Below are positions 29,225-40,120 of a stretch of 64,000 nt of DNA, piece by piece. Within the stretch, counting starts at the first letter, position 1, and each line of letters starts with the position of its first letter. A program made the position numbers and the translations under genes. A model generated the notes under the pieces. It saw only the letters and a program-made list of their open reading frames with translations, ran no database searches and had not been told where the DNA came from. This DNA comes from Candidatus Dormiibacterota bacterium (lineage in GTDB: Bacteria; Chloroflexota; Dormibacteria; Aeolococcales; Aeolococcaceae): positions 416,001-480,000 of the forward strand of contig CAVPXI010000007.1 of NCBI GenBank assembly GCA_963709585.1, in the 5' to 3' direction.

Positions 29225-30516
29225 GAATGCACACCCGCGGTCGCCGATTGCCCGATATCGGTGCGGGCCTGCATGCCGTCGAAATGCACGCGCGCAAGAT
29301 TGCCATACGCACGTGCTCGCGCGGCCTCGACATCAGCAGCGACCGCGGTGACGCAGAGCACGCGACCTCCGGCGGTGCGCAACGAGCCGGCGCCGTCGCG
29401 CGCGGTTCCCGCGTGAAAGCAGAACACATCGTCATCGAGCGACTCGATCCCGGTGATCACGTCGCCGCGGCGAACGTCGCCGGGGTACCCGGCAGCCGCT
29501 GCGACCACGCCGATCGCGGTCCCGGACGCAGCGGCTGCGATACCGGCCGGCACTTCGCCTCGGGCGCATGCGGTGAGCACGTCGAGCAGCGGCTCGTCGA
29601 GGAGCGGGAGCACCACCTGGGTCTCGGGATCGCCGAAACGGGCGTTGAACTCGAGCACGCGCACGCCGTCGGGAGTGAGCATCAAGCCCGCATACAGACA
29701 TCCCACAAATGGAGTGCCCTGCTCGCGCAACGCGTCGATGCAGGGCTCGAGCACGGTGCGCGTCACCTCCTCGACGAACGTACTCGACGCCGCGTCGGGA
29801 GGCGGGGCGACCGCGCCCATGCCGCCGGTGTTGGCGCCACGATCGCCATCGAACATGCGCTTGTGGTCGCGTGCGGGAGCCAGGGTGCGCACGTTGCGTC
29901 CGTCACTGAGCCCGAACACGCTCACCTCGGGACCGTTGAGCAATTCCTCGATGACGACCTGCCGTCCCGCATCGCCGAAACGCAGCTCGGCGAGGCACTC
30001 GTCCAGGGCTCGCTCCGCATCCTCGACGCCGCTGCAGACGACCACGCCCTTGCCGAGCGCGAGCCCGTCGGCCTTGACCACGCAGGCTCCGCCAAGGTCG
30101 GCGACGAACGCGCTGAGGCGGGTGCGATCCGCGGCTTCGCCCGCACACCAGCGCGCCGTTGGGATACCCGCCGCGTCCATCACCTGCTTCGCGAACGTCT
30201 TGGACGACTCGATGCGCGCCGCGGCGGCCGTCGGCCCGAAGACGAGCACGCCGCGTGCGCTGCACGCGTCGGCCACGCCCGCCGCCGCCGCCGCGTCGGG
30301 TCCGATGATGACCAGATCCACAGCGCGCTCCGAGGCGACCTGGGCGACCGCAAACGCGTCGGTGACGTCAATGGGGACGTTCTCGGCGAGGTCAGCGGTG
30401 CCGGCGTTGCCGGGAGCGACGATGATCGCCACATCGGGCGAATCGCGCCGGCACGCCCAGGCCAGCGCGTGCTCGCGTCCGCCGGATCCGACGATGAGGA
30501 CTCGCCCTATTCCCAT
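29221..30516 (-). CDS. purD: Phosphoribosylamine-glycine ligase
   Basis: [40 protein letters not shown]. Confidence 0.97.
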   Translation of the reverse strand: MGIGRVLIVGSGGREHALAWACRRDSPDVAIIVAPGNAGTADLAENVPIDVTDAFAVAQVASERAVDLVIIGPDAAAAAGVADACSARGVLVFGPTAAAARIESSKTFAKQVMDAAGIPTARWCAGEAADRTRLSAFVADLGGACVVKADGLALGKGVVVCSGVEDAERALDECLAELRFGDAGRQVVIEELLNGPEVSVFGLSDGRNVRTLAPARDHKRMFDGDRGANTGGMGAVAPPPDAASSTFVEEVTRTVLEPCIDALREQGTPFVGCLYAGLMLTPDGVRVLEFNARFGDPETQVVLPLLDEPLLDVLTACARGEVPAGIAAAASGTAIGVVAAAAGYPGDVRRGDVITGIESLDDDVFCFHAGTARDGAGSLRTAGGRVLCVTAVAADVEAARARAYGNLARVHFDGMQARTDIGQSATAGVHS

Positions 30517-32096
30517 TCGATCGTCGACGGCGGTTTGCTCGAGACGTCGTAGACGACGCGGTTGATGCCGGGCACCTCATTGACGATGCGCCGGCTGATC
30601 AAGCCGAGCACGTCGTACGGAACCCTCGCCCAGTCCGCGGTCATGCCGTCCTCGCTCTCGACGATGCGGACCGCGACGACGTTCCCGTAGGTCCGGTAGT
30701 CGCCCATGACCCCCACTGAGGAGATCGGGGTGAGGATCGCGAACGACTGCCAGACCTTTCGGTAGAGGCCGCTGCGCTTGATCTCGTCGATGACGACCCA
30801 ATCCGCGGCGCGCAGGGTTTCGAGGCGCTCGCGGGTCACCGCCCCGATGATCCGGATCGCCAGCCCCGGGCCGGGGAACGGCTGACGGAACACCATGTCC
30901 TCGGGAAGCCCGAGCGCAAGGCCGACGTTGCGAACCTCGTCTTTGAAGAGATATCGCAGCGGCTCCACGAGCTCGAACCGGAGGTTCTCGGGGAGCCCGC
31001 CGACGTTGTGATGGGTCTTGATCTTGGTCGCGTTGTGGGTGTCGTGCGAGGTCGATTCGATGACGTCCGGGTAGAGCGTCCCCTGGGCGAGAAAGTCGAT
31101 CTCGCCGAGATGTGTCGCCTGCTCCTCGAAGACACGGATGAACGTGGCCCCGATGCGGCGGCGCTTCTCTTCGGGGTCGACGACTCCGGCGAGCGCGTCG
31201 AGGAACTGGTCGGTGGCGTCGACGTGCACGAGGCGGATGTGTCGCTGGGTGCGCATCACGTCGACCACGCGGTCGCCCTCGCCACGGCGGAGCAGGCCGT
31301 TGTCGACGAAGACGCAGGTCAGCTGGTCACCGACCGCGCGATGCACGAGCGTGGCGGCGACCGCCGAGTCCACCCCGCCGCTGAGCGCGCAGATGACCTT
31401 GCCCTTGCCGATCTGGTCGCGCAGCGCGTTGATGGTCATATCGATGAACGACGCCGGCTGCCACGTACCCGCGCAGCCACACACGTCGATGAGGAAATTG
31501 CGCAGGATGTCGCGTCCCAGGGGCGTGTGTGCCACCTCGGGATGGAACTGGATGCCGTAGCGGCGCCCGGGGCCGACGAACGCGGCGCACGACGAGTTGA
31601 GTGAGTGCGCGATCGCCCGGAAGCCGGTCGGGAGCTCGGTGACGACATCGCCGTGTGACATCCAGACCGCGAGCTCGGAGGGAAGCTTCGCGAAGAGCCC
31701 GGCGTCGTCGTCGACGGTGACCGACGCGTGGCCGTACTCGCGACGTTCGGCGGGAGCCACGGCACCGCCGAGGTTCACCGCGAGGAGCTGCATGCCGTAG
31801 CAGATGCCGAGAATCGGAATATCGAGGTCGTAGAGCGCAGGGTCCGGGTGCGGGGCGCCCGGTTCGAACACCGACGCCGGTCCACCACTGAAGATGAGGC
31901 CGCGCGGCTCTCGCCGGCGAATCTCCTCGGCGCTGATCGTGCCCGGGACCAGCTCGCAGTACACCTTGGCCTCGCGCACGCGGCGCGCGATCAGTTGGCT
32001 GTACTGGCTGCCGAAATCGAGAACGAGGATCGTGTCCTGGGCGACCTGCACAGGCGTGCGCGCCACCGCGCCTGCGTCAGTCGCGACAGTCATCAC
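30507..32096 (-). CDS. guaA: GMP synthase
   Basis: [47 protein letters not shown]. Confidence 0.98.
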   Translation of the reverse strand: MMTVATDAGAVARTPVQVAQDTILVLDFGSQYSQLIARRVREAKVYCELVPGTISAEEIRRREPRGLIFSGGPASVFEPGAPHPDPALYDLDIPILGICYGMQLLAVNLGGAVAPAERREYGHASVTVDDDAGLFAKLPSELAVWMSHGDVVTELPTGFRAIAHSLNSSCAAFVGPGRRYGIQFHPEVAHTPLGRDILRNFLIDVCGCAGTWQPASFIDMTINALRDQIGKGKVICALSGGVDSAVAATLVHRAVGDQLTCVFVDNGLLRRGEGDRVVDVMRTQRHIRLVHVDATDQFLDALAGVVDPEEKRRRIGATFIRVFEEQATHLGEIDFLAQGTLYPDVIESTSHDTHNATKIKTHHNVGGLPENLRFELVEPLRYLFKDEVRNVGLALGLPEDMVFRQPFPGPGLAIRIIGAVTRERLETLRAADWVVIDEIKRSGLYRKVWQSFAILTPISSVGVMGDYRTYGNVVAVRIVESEDGMTADWARVPYDVLGLISRRIVNEVPGINRVVYDVSSKPPSTIEWE

Positions 32097-32114
32097 CGTC
32101 CTCCCACCGCTCCT

Positions 32115-33275
32115 TCAGACCCCCATGCCGACACGCTGCTCGCGCTGCTGCACCTTGCCCTCGGTCTTGATCGACGGAGCGATCACCATCTCGGTTTCCT
32201 GGAACTCGGCGATCGTCCGTGCGCCGCAGACGCCCATCGCGGTTTTCAGGGCGCCGACGAGGTTCATGCTCCCATCGTCAACGTGTGCCGGTCCGAAGAG
32301 GATCTCGCGCAGCGTTCCTTTGATACCGGTCCGGATGCGCGTGCCCCGCGGAAGGTTGGGGTCGGGCGTCGCCATGCCCCAGTGGTTGCCGTGACCCGCG
32401 GCCTCCGCTGCCGACGCGAAGATCGAGCCGATCATGACCGCGTCCGCGCCGCTGGCGAATGCCTTGGCGACGTCGCCACCAAGACGCATCCCACCGTCGG
32501 TGATGATCGCCACGCGCTCGCCGCTGCGGCGGAAGTGGTCGTCACGAGCGGCCGCGCAGTCGCTGGTGGCGGTCACCTGAGGTACCCCGACGCCGAGCAC
32601 GGCGCGGGTCGTGCATGCGGCTCCCGGGCCGACGCCGACGAGCAATCCCTTGATGCCTGTGTCCATCAGCTCGAGCGCGGTGGCGTAATCGACGCAGTTG
32701 CCGGCGACCACCGGAATATCGACCGACTGGGTCAACTCGGAGAAGGAGAGGTGCTTGTACGACTTGCTGACGTGGCGAGCCGTGAGCACGGTTCCCTGCA
32801 CGACCAGCATGTGCGCTCCGGCTTCCTGGACGATCGGGGCGCGCCGCTCCGCATGCGCCGGCACCGTCGAGACCGCGCAGGCCACGCCGGCGCGGGTGAT
32901 CTCCTCGATGCGCTGGCCGATGAGCCCATCCTGCACGGGCGCCGTGTAGATCTTCTGCAGGAGCGTGTTGATCTGGTCGACCGGCGAGTCCGCGATGGCG
33001 GCGAGGACCTCGGCCGGATCCTCATAGCGCGTCTGCACGCCGTCCAGATTCAGGACCGCGAGCCCGCCGAGATGTCCCATCTCCGCGGCGAAATGCGTGT
33101 CCACGACGCCGTCCATAGCGGCGGCGAGGAAGGGAATCTCCAGTGTGGTGCCGTTGACGGCGAACGAGACGTCGATTTCCGCCGGGTTCACAGTCACGCG
33201 ACCGGGGACCAGGGCAACCTCGTCGAACCCGTACGCACGCCGGGCCCGCTTGCCTCTGCCCAACTCGAACTCCAT
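32115..33275 (-). CDS. guaB: GuaB3-family IMP dehydrogenase
   Basis: RRAYGFDEVALVP, AAAMDGVV, GVGPGAACTTR, DGGM, HWGMAT; no CBS pair. Confidence 0.92.
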   Translation of the reverse strand: MEFELGRGKRARRAYGFDEVALVPGRVTVNPAEIDVSFAVNGTTLEIPFLAAAMDGVVDTHFAAEMGHLGGLAVLNLDGVQTRYEDPAEVLAAIADSPVDQINTLLQKIYTAPVQDGLIGQRIEEITRAGVACAVSTVPAHAERRAPIVQEAGAHMLVVQGTVLTARHVSKSYKHLSFSELTQSVDIPVVAGNCVDYATALELMDTGIKGLLVGVGPGAACTTRAVLGVGVPQVTATSDCAAARDDHFRRSGERVAIITDGGMRLGGDVAKAFASGADAVMIGSIFASAAEAAGHGNHWGMATPDPNLPRGTRIRTGIKGTLREILFGPAHVDDGSMNLVGALKTAMGVCGARTIAEFQETEMVIAPSIKTEGKVQQREQRVGMGV

Positions 33276-33317
33276 CTGGAGATTCTACAGGAGTGGCCAG
33301 GGAGTCCGGCCTTGCGA

Positions 33318-33365
33318 TCGCACCATCTTGTGGACCTGTGTGAGCGCAGCCACCACATGTGGTGG
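33318..33365. promoter_or_regulatory. Tandem NrdR-like boxes upstream of guaB3
   Basis: CCACCACATGTGGTGG (33350-33365, perfect palindrome) and TCGCACCATCTTGTGG (33318-33333), 32 bp apart. Confidence 0.6.
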
Positions 33366-33403
33366 TGGCACCTGAACCTTCCCGGCCGCCCCCGCTTCGC
33401 GAG

Positions 33404-34660
33404 CTAAGGGTAGATCCCGCGCACTCGGGTGGCTTCGGCGACCTTGGTCACCGCGATGCGGAACGCGGCGTCGCGGAGCGTGATCCCGTTCGCCAGCGCC
33501 TCACCCCTCACCTGTTGATAGCTCCGGGTCATGACCTCGCGGAGGCGGGAGTTCACCTCGCCCGAGCCCCAGAAATACGCCTGGATGTCCTGCACCCACT
33601 CGAAGTACGACACCACCACACCGCCGGCATTGGCGAGGATGTCCGGGAGGATGAGGACGCCGCGGGCATTGAGCGCCGCATCCGCATCGGTGGTCAGCGG
33701 AGCGTTCGCACCCTCCGCAATCACCTTCGCGCGGACTGAGTTGGCGTTGCGACGGCTGATCTGTGCTTCGAGTGCGGCGGGGACGAGCACATCGACATCG
33801 AGCGTCAGCACCTCGTCACCGTCGATCTGTTCCGCTCCTCCGTAGTCGGTGAAGTGCCCGCCCTCCTCCTTGAGGTGGCGGAGCGCCATCAAATCGAGTC
33901 CCTCGGCGCGGTACAGGCCGCACGTGCTGTCGGAGACAGCGACGACTGTCATCCCCTCGGCCGACAGCAGCTCGGCGCTCACACCACCGACCTTCCCGAA
34001 TCCCTGGATTGCGACGCGCGCACCGGATGGATCCAGTCCCGCGTCGCGCATGGCGAGCACAGTGACCATGGTCAGGCCGCGTCCGGGTCCGGTGAACCGT
34101 CCTTCGGAACCACCGATCGCCTGTGGTTTCCCGGTCACCGATGCCGGCACCGAGAACCCCGCGTGCATCGACAGCGTGTCCATGATCCACGCCATCACCT
34201 GCGGTCCGGTGCCGAGATCGGGCGCGGGAATGTCGCGATCCGGTCCGACGATGAGCGAGATCTCCGTGGTGAATCGTCTGGTCAGCCGCTCCAGCTCGGC
34301 GAGGGTGAGCGCGTGCGGGTCGCAGATGACGCCCCCTTTTGCGCCGCCAAAGGGGACGTCGGCAACCGCTGTCTTCCAGGTCATGTACATCGCCAGGGCT
34401 CGGGCGTCGTCCAGGGTCATCGAGGGGTGGTAGCGCAATCCCCCTTTTGCTGGTCCGCGGGCGATGTTGTGCTGTACGCGAAAGCCCGTGAAGACTTGGA
34501 AGGAGCCGTCGTCCATCTCCACCGGGAAATGCACCACCAGCTCGCGTTTGACCTCGCGCAGCACAGCCCGCAGGGAATCGTCCAACCCGATGGCGTCGGC
34601 GGTAGCGTCGAACTGCCGCTGAGCAATGCTCAGGGCGGAGCGCTCATTGGTCCCGGACAT
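33404..34660 (-). CDS. gdhA: Glu/Leu/Phe/Val dehydrogenase (glutamate dehydrogenase-like)
   Basis: RVQHNIARGPAKGGLRYHP, PFGGAKGG, DIPAPD, QGFGKVG, ANAGGVVVSYFEWVQ. Confidence 0.92.
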   Translation of the reverse strand: MSGTNERSALSIAQRQFDATADAIGLDDSLRAVLREVKRELVVHFPVEMDDGSFQVFTGFRVQHNIARGPAKGGLRYHPSMTLDDARALAMYMTWKTAVADVPFGGAKGGVICDPHALTLAELERLTRRFTTEISLIVGPDRDIPAPDLGTGPQVMAWIMDTLSMHAGFSVPASVTGKPQAIGGSEGRFTGPGRGLTMVTVLAMRDAGLDPSGARVAIQGFGKVGGVSAELLSAEGMTVVAVSDSTCGLYRAEGLDLMALRHLKEEGGHFTDYGGAEQIDGDEVLTLDVDVLVPAALEAQISRRNANSVRAKVIAEGANAPLTTDADAALNARGVLILPDILANAGGVVVSYFEWVQDIQAYFWGSGEVNSRLREVMTRSYQQVRGEALANGITLRDAAFRIAVTKVAEATRVRGIYP

Positions 34661-34776
34661 GCGCAGGCCGCACTATACGCAACAGGGGCGTGGTTTAGGT
34701 CGGTCGGGACACCCCGGATTAGCACTCCAACGCGTCGTGTAGTTGCCTGCCCTGGCAGCAACGCGATGCGCAATCA

Positions 34777-34842
34777 TTGACAATCACGATCACAACCAGC
34801 ATGCTATGCGCGAACGACAGGAGGTTTTGGACACCTCCTGTC
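34777..34842 (+). promoter_or_regulatory. Sigma70-type promoter and 5'UTR hairpin for the histone-like gene
   Basis: TTGACA(34777)-N17-CATGCT(34800); stem GACAGGAGG/CCTCCTGTC at 34816-34842. Confidence 0.5.
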
Positions 34843-34868
34843 ACAAACAACAAGGAGGCCCATAGGAT

Positions 34869-35660
34869 ATGGCCAGGACCAGACGTAGGAGAGGCGGCGT
34901 CGAGAAGGCCGTCAAACGCACCGTGAGGCGCGTAGGGACGACTGCTCGCCGTCGCGCACCCGCCGCTGGTGGCGATCTCGGTAAGGCGGTGCAGAACCTC
35001 GTGAAGGCATTGCCCGTCGGCGAGTTGGAAAAGCGACTCGCGGGCCTTGAGAAGATTGTCGCGCGGCTCGAAGTGAGCCTGCGTGGTGCAGCCAAGCGCG
35101 CGACCACCGCGGTTCGCGGGAGCAAGCGCACCACTGCCAAACGCGCAACCGCAAAACGCGGCACCGCGAAGCGGGCGACTGCGAAGCGCGCCACTGCCAA
35201 GCGGGCAACCGCCAAGCGCGCCACTGCCAAGCGGGCGACCGCGAAGCGCGCCACCGCCAAGCGCGCAACTGCCAAGCGGGCAACCGCCAAGCGCGCCACC
35301 GCCAAGCGCGCAACTGCCAAGCGGGCAACCGCCAAGCGCGCCGGCGCCAAGAAGACCACGGCACGCAAGACAACCGCGCGCAAGACCGGGGCACGCAAGA
35401 CAACCGCACGCAAGACCACGGCTCGCAAGACCACGGCGCGCAAGACCACGGCCCGCAAGCCGGCCGCGCGCAAGACCACCGCTCGTAAGACCACGGCGCG
35501 CAAGACCACGGCCCGCAAGCCGGCCGCGCGCAAGGCCACCGCTCGCAAGACCACCGCTCGTAAGACCACTGCGCGCAAGCCGGTGACCCGGCGTCGCGTG
35601 GTGCGCAAGCCCGTCGCAGCACCGCCCATGGCGGCACCGGCGACCCCGACACCGAGCTGA
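34869..35660 (+). CDS. Histone H1/Hc2-like basic repeat protein
   Basis: Basic N-terminus, coiled-coil LEKRLAGLEKIVARLE, about 30 AKRAT/ARKTT pentapeptides. Confidence 0.85.
   Translation: MARTRRRRGGVEKAVKRTVRRVGTTARRRAPAAGGDLGKAVQNLVKALPVGELEKRLAGLEKIVARLEVSLRGAAKRATTAVRGSKRTTAKRATAKRGTAKRATAKRATAKRATAKRATAKRATAKRATAKRATAKRATAKRATAKRATAKRATAKRAGAKKTTARKTTARKTGARKTTARKTTARKTTARKTTARKPAARKTTARKTTARKTTARKPAARKATARKTTARKTTARKPVTRRRVVRKPVAAPPMAAPATPTPS
35121..35582 (+). repeat. Degenerate 15-bp coding tandem repeats, two blocks
   Basis: GCCAAGCGCGCCACC-like units followed by GCGCGCAAGACCACG-like units, with synonymous variation. Confidence 0.9.
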
Positions 35661-35696
35661 GCCGACTGGCTCAGACACCAAACCTTTCGTAGTTCA

Positions 35697-35729
35697 GAAG
35701 GCCTCCGGCCGGTGCCGGGGGCCTTCTTC
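35697..35729 (+). terminator. Hairpin terminator between convergent genes
   Basis: GAAGGCCTCCGGC-cggt-GCCGGGGGCCTTC-TTC. Confidence 0.7.
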
Positions 35730-35732
35730 GCG

Positions 35733-36811
35733 TCATGTCGCAGCGACACCTCGGAGCGTCGCGAGGCGCCCCGGCTCGCTGGTCAGCACGCGACCGACCA
35801 CGCTCGCGGCGCGCTGCGCGCCGGCAGCGTCCACGTCCAGGTGGGTCACGCACCGGAGCGTATGCGGACCCATGGAGCTCACCAAGACGCCGTCCTCGCG
35901 CATCCGATCCGCGAGCTCCGCCGCGGGCGCGAGCGTGTCGAACATGACGATGTTGGTGGCCACGGCAGGCCGCCGCAGTGTCGCGCCGGCGCATCCGGCG
36001 ACGGCGTCGGCAATGACCCTCGCATTGGCGTGGTCCTCCGCCAGCCGCTCGACGTTGTGTTCGAGGGCGTACAGACCCGCAGCCGCGATGACGCCCGCCT
36101 GGCGCATGCCGCCGCCGAGCCGTTTGCGCCACCGTCGCACCGCCTCGATGGTCGGTGCATCGCCGGCGACCACCGACCCGACAGGAGCACCGAGCCCCTT
36201 GCTGACGCAGACCGTGACCGTGTCGCACTCGTCCACCAGCTCGGCGGGGGTCACGCCCAGCGCCACGGCAGCATTGAACAGCCGCGCTCCGTCGCAGTGC
36301 ACACGGAGCCCCTGGGCATGCGCGGTGCGCGCGGCACCGTGCACCCGGGCCACGTCGATGGCGCCACCACCTCTGCGGTTATGCGTGTTCTCGATACAGA
36401 GGAGGGTGGACACGGGCTGATGGATGTCCGGCGCCCGAACCGCCGCGGTGATCGAACTTCGGCATCGGGGACGCCGTCGACGCTCTCGAGGACGCGGAGC
36501 TGGATGCCTGCGACAATCGCCGTGCCACCAACCTCGTAGACCACCAGGTGCGCCTGCGCGTCTGCGATGACCTCATCGCCGGGTCGCGTCTGCGCGGCGA
36601 CGCACGCGAGGTTGCCCATGGTCCCGCTCGGCACGAACACAGCCGCCTGCTTGCCAAGGCGGCGCGCCATCTCTTCCTCGAGGCGTCTGACCGTGGGATC
36701 CTCGCCCCAGACATCGTCGCCGACTTCGGCGTGCGCCATGGCAGCCCGCATCCCCTCATCGGGAACGGTCAGCGTGTCACTCCGGAGATCGACGATGCCT
36801 GGCGCTGACAT
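35733..36811 (-). CDS. ltaE: Low-specificity L-threonine aldolase, +2 frameshift at 36454-36460
   Basis: DLRSDT, GDDVWGEDPT, PSGTMGN, IENTHN, HCDGARLFNA, SKGLGAPVGS. Confidence 0.93.
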
Positions 36812-38840
36812 TGCTCTCGCTCTGCATGACCTGCGCATCCTGAACCATCGACGGCGTCGCTCGCGCCGGCGGTGCGTCATCCGGTGCACCGGCCATGCAT
36901 GTCCGATCGCGTCCCATCCGCTTGGCCTGGTAGAGAGCGCCGTCGGCGAGGCCGAACAGCTCGGCAGCGTCGTTCGTGTCCTCGGGGTACGCGGCCACCC
37001 CGATGCTGACGGTCAGACGCAGCGCGACGCGACCGGGAAGGTCGACGTCGGTCGCCGCGACCGCGTGCCGGATCTTCTCGGCGACCATGAATGCCTCTCG
37101 AGCGGACGTGTTCGGCATCACCACCACGAACTCTTCGCCACCGTAGCGCGCGGTCATGTCCGCGCGCCGGACGTTGCCGGCGACCGTCCTGGCGAAGGTC
37201 GAGAGCGCGAGGTCACCGGCAGGGTGACCGTGCGAGTCGTTCAGTGCCTTGAAGTGGTCGATATCGAGCATGAGGATCGCCAGCGGCGCTCCCAACCGCT
37301 CGGCGAGCGCCACCTGTTGTCCGAGTGAGTCGACCAGGAAACGATGGTTGTAGAGGCCGGTGAGGTCGTCGACGGTGGCCTGGCGCTGCACCACCGCGAG
37401 GAAGCGGTAGCGCTCGAGCGCAAGTGAGATCTGCTCCGCGGTCGACGCGACCAGGTCGGAGTCGCCGGCGGTGAATACGCTGTCCTGACCGGCGACCGCG
37501 AGGACGCCGTGCACGTGCTTGCCGAGCCGGAGCGGAGCCACGCAGAACTCGCGAACATCGAGTTCGGCCTCGGGCGCGATCGCGGTTGCGCCGAGGATGA
37601 TCGCGCCGAGCCCCTCGTACCGATATCCTTCGCCGAGCGGTCCGCGTCCTTCGAGAAAGCCGTCGAAGCTGATGCGACGCCCGCCGTCGGCGACCGCGAA
37701 TGGATCGCTCATCTCCGAAGCGTTCACGACGATCATCGCCAGGTCCACGTTCATCGATCGACGCAACTCGGCGCAGACATTGGCGAGCGCTGCCTCCAGG
37801 GGCTGGGCGAGGCTGAGCTCCATCGCGATCGTGGCTCGGCTCGCGGTGACGCGCATCGTCGAACGGACCTGAACGCGCATCGCCTCGAAGCTCGCGCCCA
37901 GCCTGCCGACCTCATCCACGGACCCCGCGAGCACGGGTCGATCGAAGTCGCCGCTCCCCAGTGCCGCGACCGCGCCGTCGAGACGCTGCAGCGGCCGGCG
38001 CAGATCGATCTGCACGACGATCACGATGAAGAGCATCGCGACCAGGATCACCGCGAACAGCAGCAGTGCCGACTGCCAACCAATAGGCGGACCGGAGAAC
38101 GGCGTCAGCACCACCAGGGTGAGCCCGTCGCCGATCGATGTGGACGCGACGGCGAACTGATGGGAGTCGAGGGAGACCACCGTCGGAGTCGACGCCGAGA
38201 TCGCGGCGGTGAGCGCCGGGGTCAGCGCGTCGACGCCGCCCGCCACCGCGAGCGCGCGGTCGCGGCGGACCAGGAGCAGCCCGACCCGATCGGCTGCGGT
38301 TGCGACGTTGCGATCGATGGCATCGATCAATGCCGCGGTCAGCGGCCGAGCGACGAACGCGATCGCCGATGTCCCCGGAACGTGTGACGCGGCGACGAGC
38401 CACGCCGCGGCACCGGACGTTGCGGTCGTGTTCGCGCCGGTCGCCGCGCTGACGATGCTTCGCGTTGAGGCGTCCGAGAGAACCGTTGATCGCTGCACCG
38501 CGACAACACCGCCGTCGACCTGCTCGACCCCGAGGATGTCGTCGGTGCCGATCACCGACGCGTCCTCGACGAGCGTTGCCTGCACCGCCGCCGGCGCGGT
38601 GACGTGGCCGGCGGCGAGCTGGCGGCCAACGCCGGCGATGAAGGTCGCAAGCGACGCGCGCTGGCCGTCGATGAGATTGGAGGCGATCGAGACCCTCTCC
38701 GCCGCGCTGTTCTCAGCCTGGCTTCGCGTGCTGGCGGCGGCGAGCATCAGCGGCACAACCGCGATGGTCAGGCCCGCGACGAGAATCACCGCCGCGAATT
38801 TAGAGAGAACGATGCACCCCGCCAGATGCCGCTCAACCAC
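36777..38840 (-). CDS. Membrane diguanylate cyclase (sensor-HAMP-GAF-GGDEF)
   Basis: Two TMs, HAMP DEVGRLGASFEAM, DDLTGLYNHR, DIDHFK, RRAD I-site, RYGGEEF. Confidence 0.9.
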   Translation of the reverse strand: MVERHLAGCIVLSKFAAVILVAGLTIAVVPLMLAAASTRSQAENSAAERVSIASNLIDGQRASLATFIAGVGRQLAAGHVTAPAAVQATLVEDASVIGTDDILGVEQVDGGVVAVQRSTVLSDASTRSIVSAATGANTTATSGAAAWLVAASHVPGTSAIAFVARPLTAALIDAIDRNVATAADRVGLLLVRRDRALAVAGGVDALTPALTAAISASTPTVVSLDSHQFAVASTSIGDGLTLVVLTPFSGPPIGWQSALLLFAVILVAMLFIVIVVQIDLRRPLQRLDGAVAALGSGDFDRPVLAGSVDEVGRLGASFEAMRVQVRSTMRVTASRATIAMELSLAQPLEAALANVCAELRRSMNVDLAMIVVNASEMSDPFAVADGGRRISFDGFLEGRGPLGEGYRYEGLGAIILGATAIAPEAELDVREFCVAPLRLGKHVHGVLAVAGQDSVFTAGDSDLVASTAEQISLALERYRFLAVVQRQATVDDLTGLYNHRFLVDSLGQQVALAERLGAPLAILMLDIDHFKALNDSHGHPAGDLALSTFARTVAGNVRRADMTARYGGEEFVVVMPNTSAREAFMVAEKIRHAVAATDVDLPGRVALRLTVSIGVAAYPEDTNDAAELFGLADGALYQAKRMGRDRTCMAGAPDDAPPARATPSMVQDAQVMQSESNVSARHRRSPE

Positions 38841-38864
38841 CGGACCCCTCGCATCGACTTCCGC

Positions 38865-39444
38865 TCAGCCCGATCGTCGAACCAGGACGAGGGACAGAAC
38901 CGCGATCGTCGCGGCCACCAGGATCGTTGAGAGGGCGATGACGTATCCCGCCCCCGGACCGCCGGCGGTCGCGATCACAGGGCGGACCGCGGGAATGGTC
39001 AGAGACGGGGGTGCAAGCACCGGTGGCCGCGGGCCAGGCAGGGGACTCCGGGCGCTTGGGCGGCGCTGCCGCGAAGGATGGCGTCCGTGGTGACGAGGCG
39101 TTGCCCCGCCGAGCGGTGATCGCAGCGTGCGCAGGCGCGGATCGTGGCGCCGGCGTTGATACGGGTTCCGGGAGTGCGGTCGGCACTATGGGTGGCGACG
39201 TGCCGGCCTTCGGCGTTGGAGCCCGCGATCGATCGCGGTCATGCTCATCGTCACAGGCGTCACGCGACCGCCCGTGGTGGCACCGATGATCGCGGTCACG
39301 CTGCTCGTCCCCGCGCGCGGGTGGCCCTGCCGCCGCGCGATGCGCCGGCGTGTCCAGCGCGGCGGCCAAGACGTCCGCCGACCCGAACAAGATCGAGAAC
39401 GTCGACGCGCCGACGAGCACGATCAGGAGCGCGCGGCCGATCAT
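38865..39444 (-). CDS. Exported Pro-rich protein with C-terminal TM anchor (one frameshift needed)
   Basis: Signal-like MIGRALLIVLVGASTFSILFG; C-terminus GYVIALSTILVAATIAVLSLVLVRRSG* lies in another frame. Confidence 0.5.
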
Positions 39445-39513
39445 CAAGTCACTCCGCGTCGATCCTACGGCCGCCTTCGGTGGGACTTGTGACCGAAATG
39501 TGACACTTTTCAG

Positions 39514-40053
39514 GTGCCCGTCGTCGTCATCAATTTCACCGACGGTGAGGTCGTTCTTGCCGACGCGCCGGAGATCACCTTTGATCTCGCGATCCTCGAC
39601 GCGGAGATTCGTTCGATCAACCCGAACAGCGAGCGCGCACTCTTTCCGGTGAGCGCGATTCGCCAGATCCTCGTCGGCGATCCGGAACCGGCGCCGCCGG
39701 AAGCCGAGGTGGCCACCTGGGACCGGGCGGCCTTCCACTTCATCGATGGTCCCGTGCTGCGCGCGTCGATTCGCTCCGACGCTCATCTCGGTCGATATGG
39801 GGGGGTGTGGCGGATCGTCGAGCCCGATTCGGCCGAGCTCCGCACCATCGCCGTTCCCTACGCGGCCCTGAAAGGCGTGTATCAGATCCGTCAGTGGGAC
39901 AGCCGTCCGGCCGGAGAACGTGACGAGCACGCAGAGCTCGATCAGCTGGCGCGGGTGCTCGCCGAGCGCGAGCGGACCATTGCGGGAGGCGGCGCCGTGC
40001 CGACCCGGCGACCGCTGCTGTCGCGGATGCGACGCCCCCCGGATTCGGCCTGA
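39514..40053 (+). CDS. Hypothetical protein with two similar beta-rich halves (DUF6982-like)
   Basis: VVINFTDGEVV / AFHFIDGPVL and FPVSAIRQI / VPYAALKGVY internal duplication. Confidence 0.65.
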   Translation: MPVVVINFTDGEVVLADAPEITFDLAILDAEIRSINPNSERALFPVSAIRQILVGDPEPAPPEAEVATWDRAAFHFIDGPVLRASIRSDAHLGRYGGVWRIVEPDSAELRTIAVPYAALKGVYQIRQWDSRPAGERDEHAELDQLARVLAERERTIAGGGAVPTRRPLLSRMRRPPDSA

Positions 40054-40120
40054 TGTCGGTCCTGTCGCGCGTCTGTCGACGGCGCAGAACCGCCTCGGAC
40101 CTCATGCTACCGTCCCGGCT

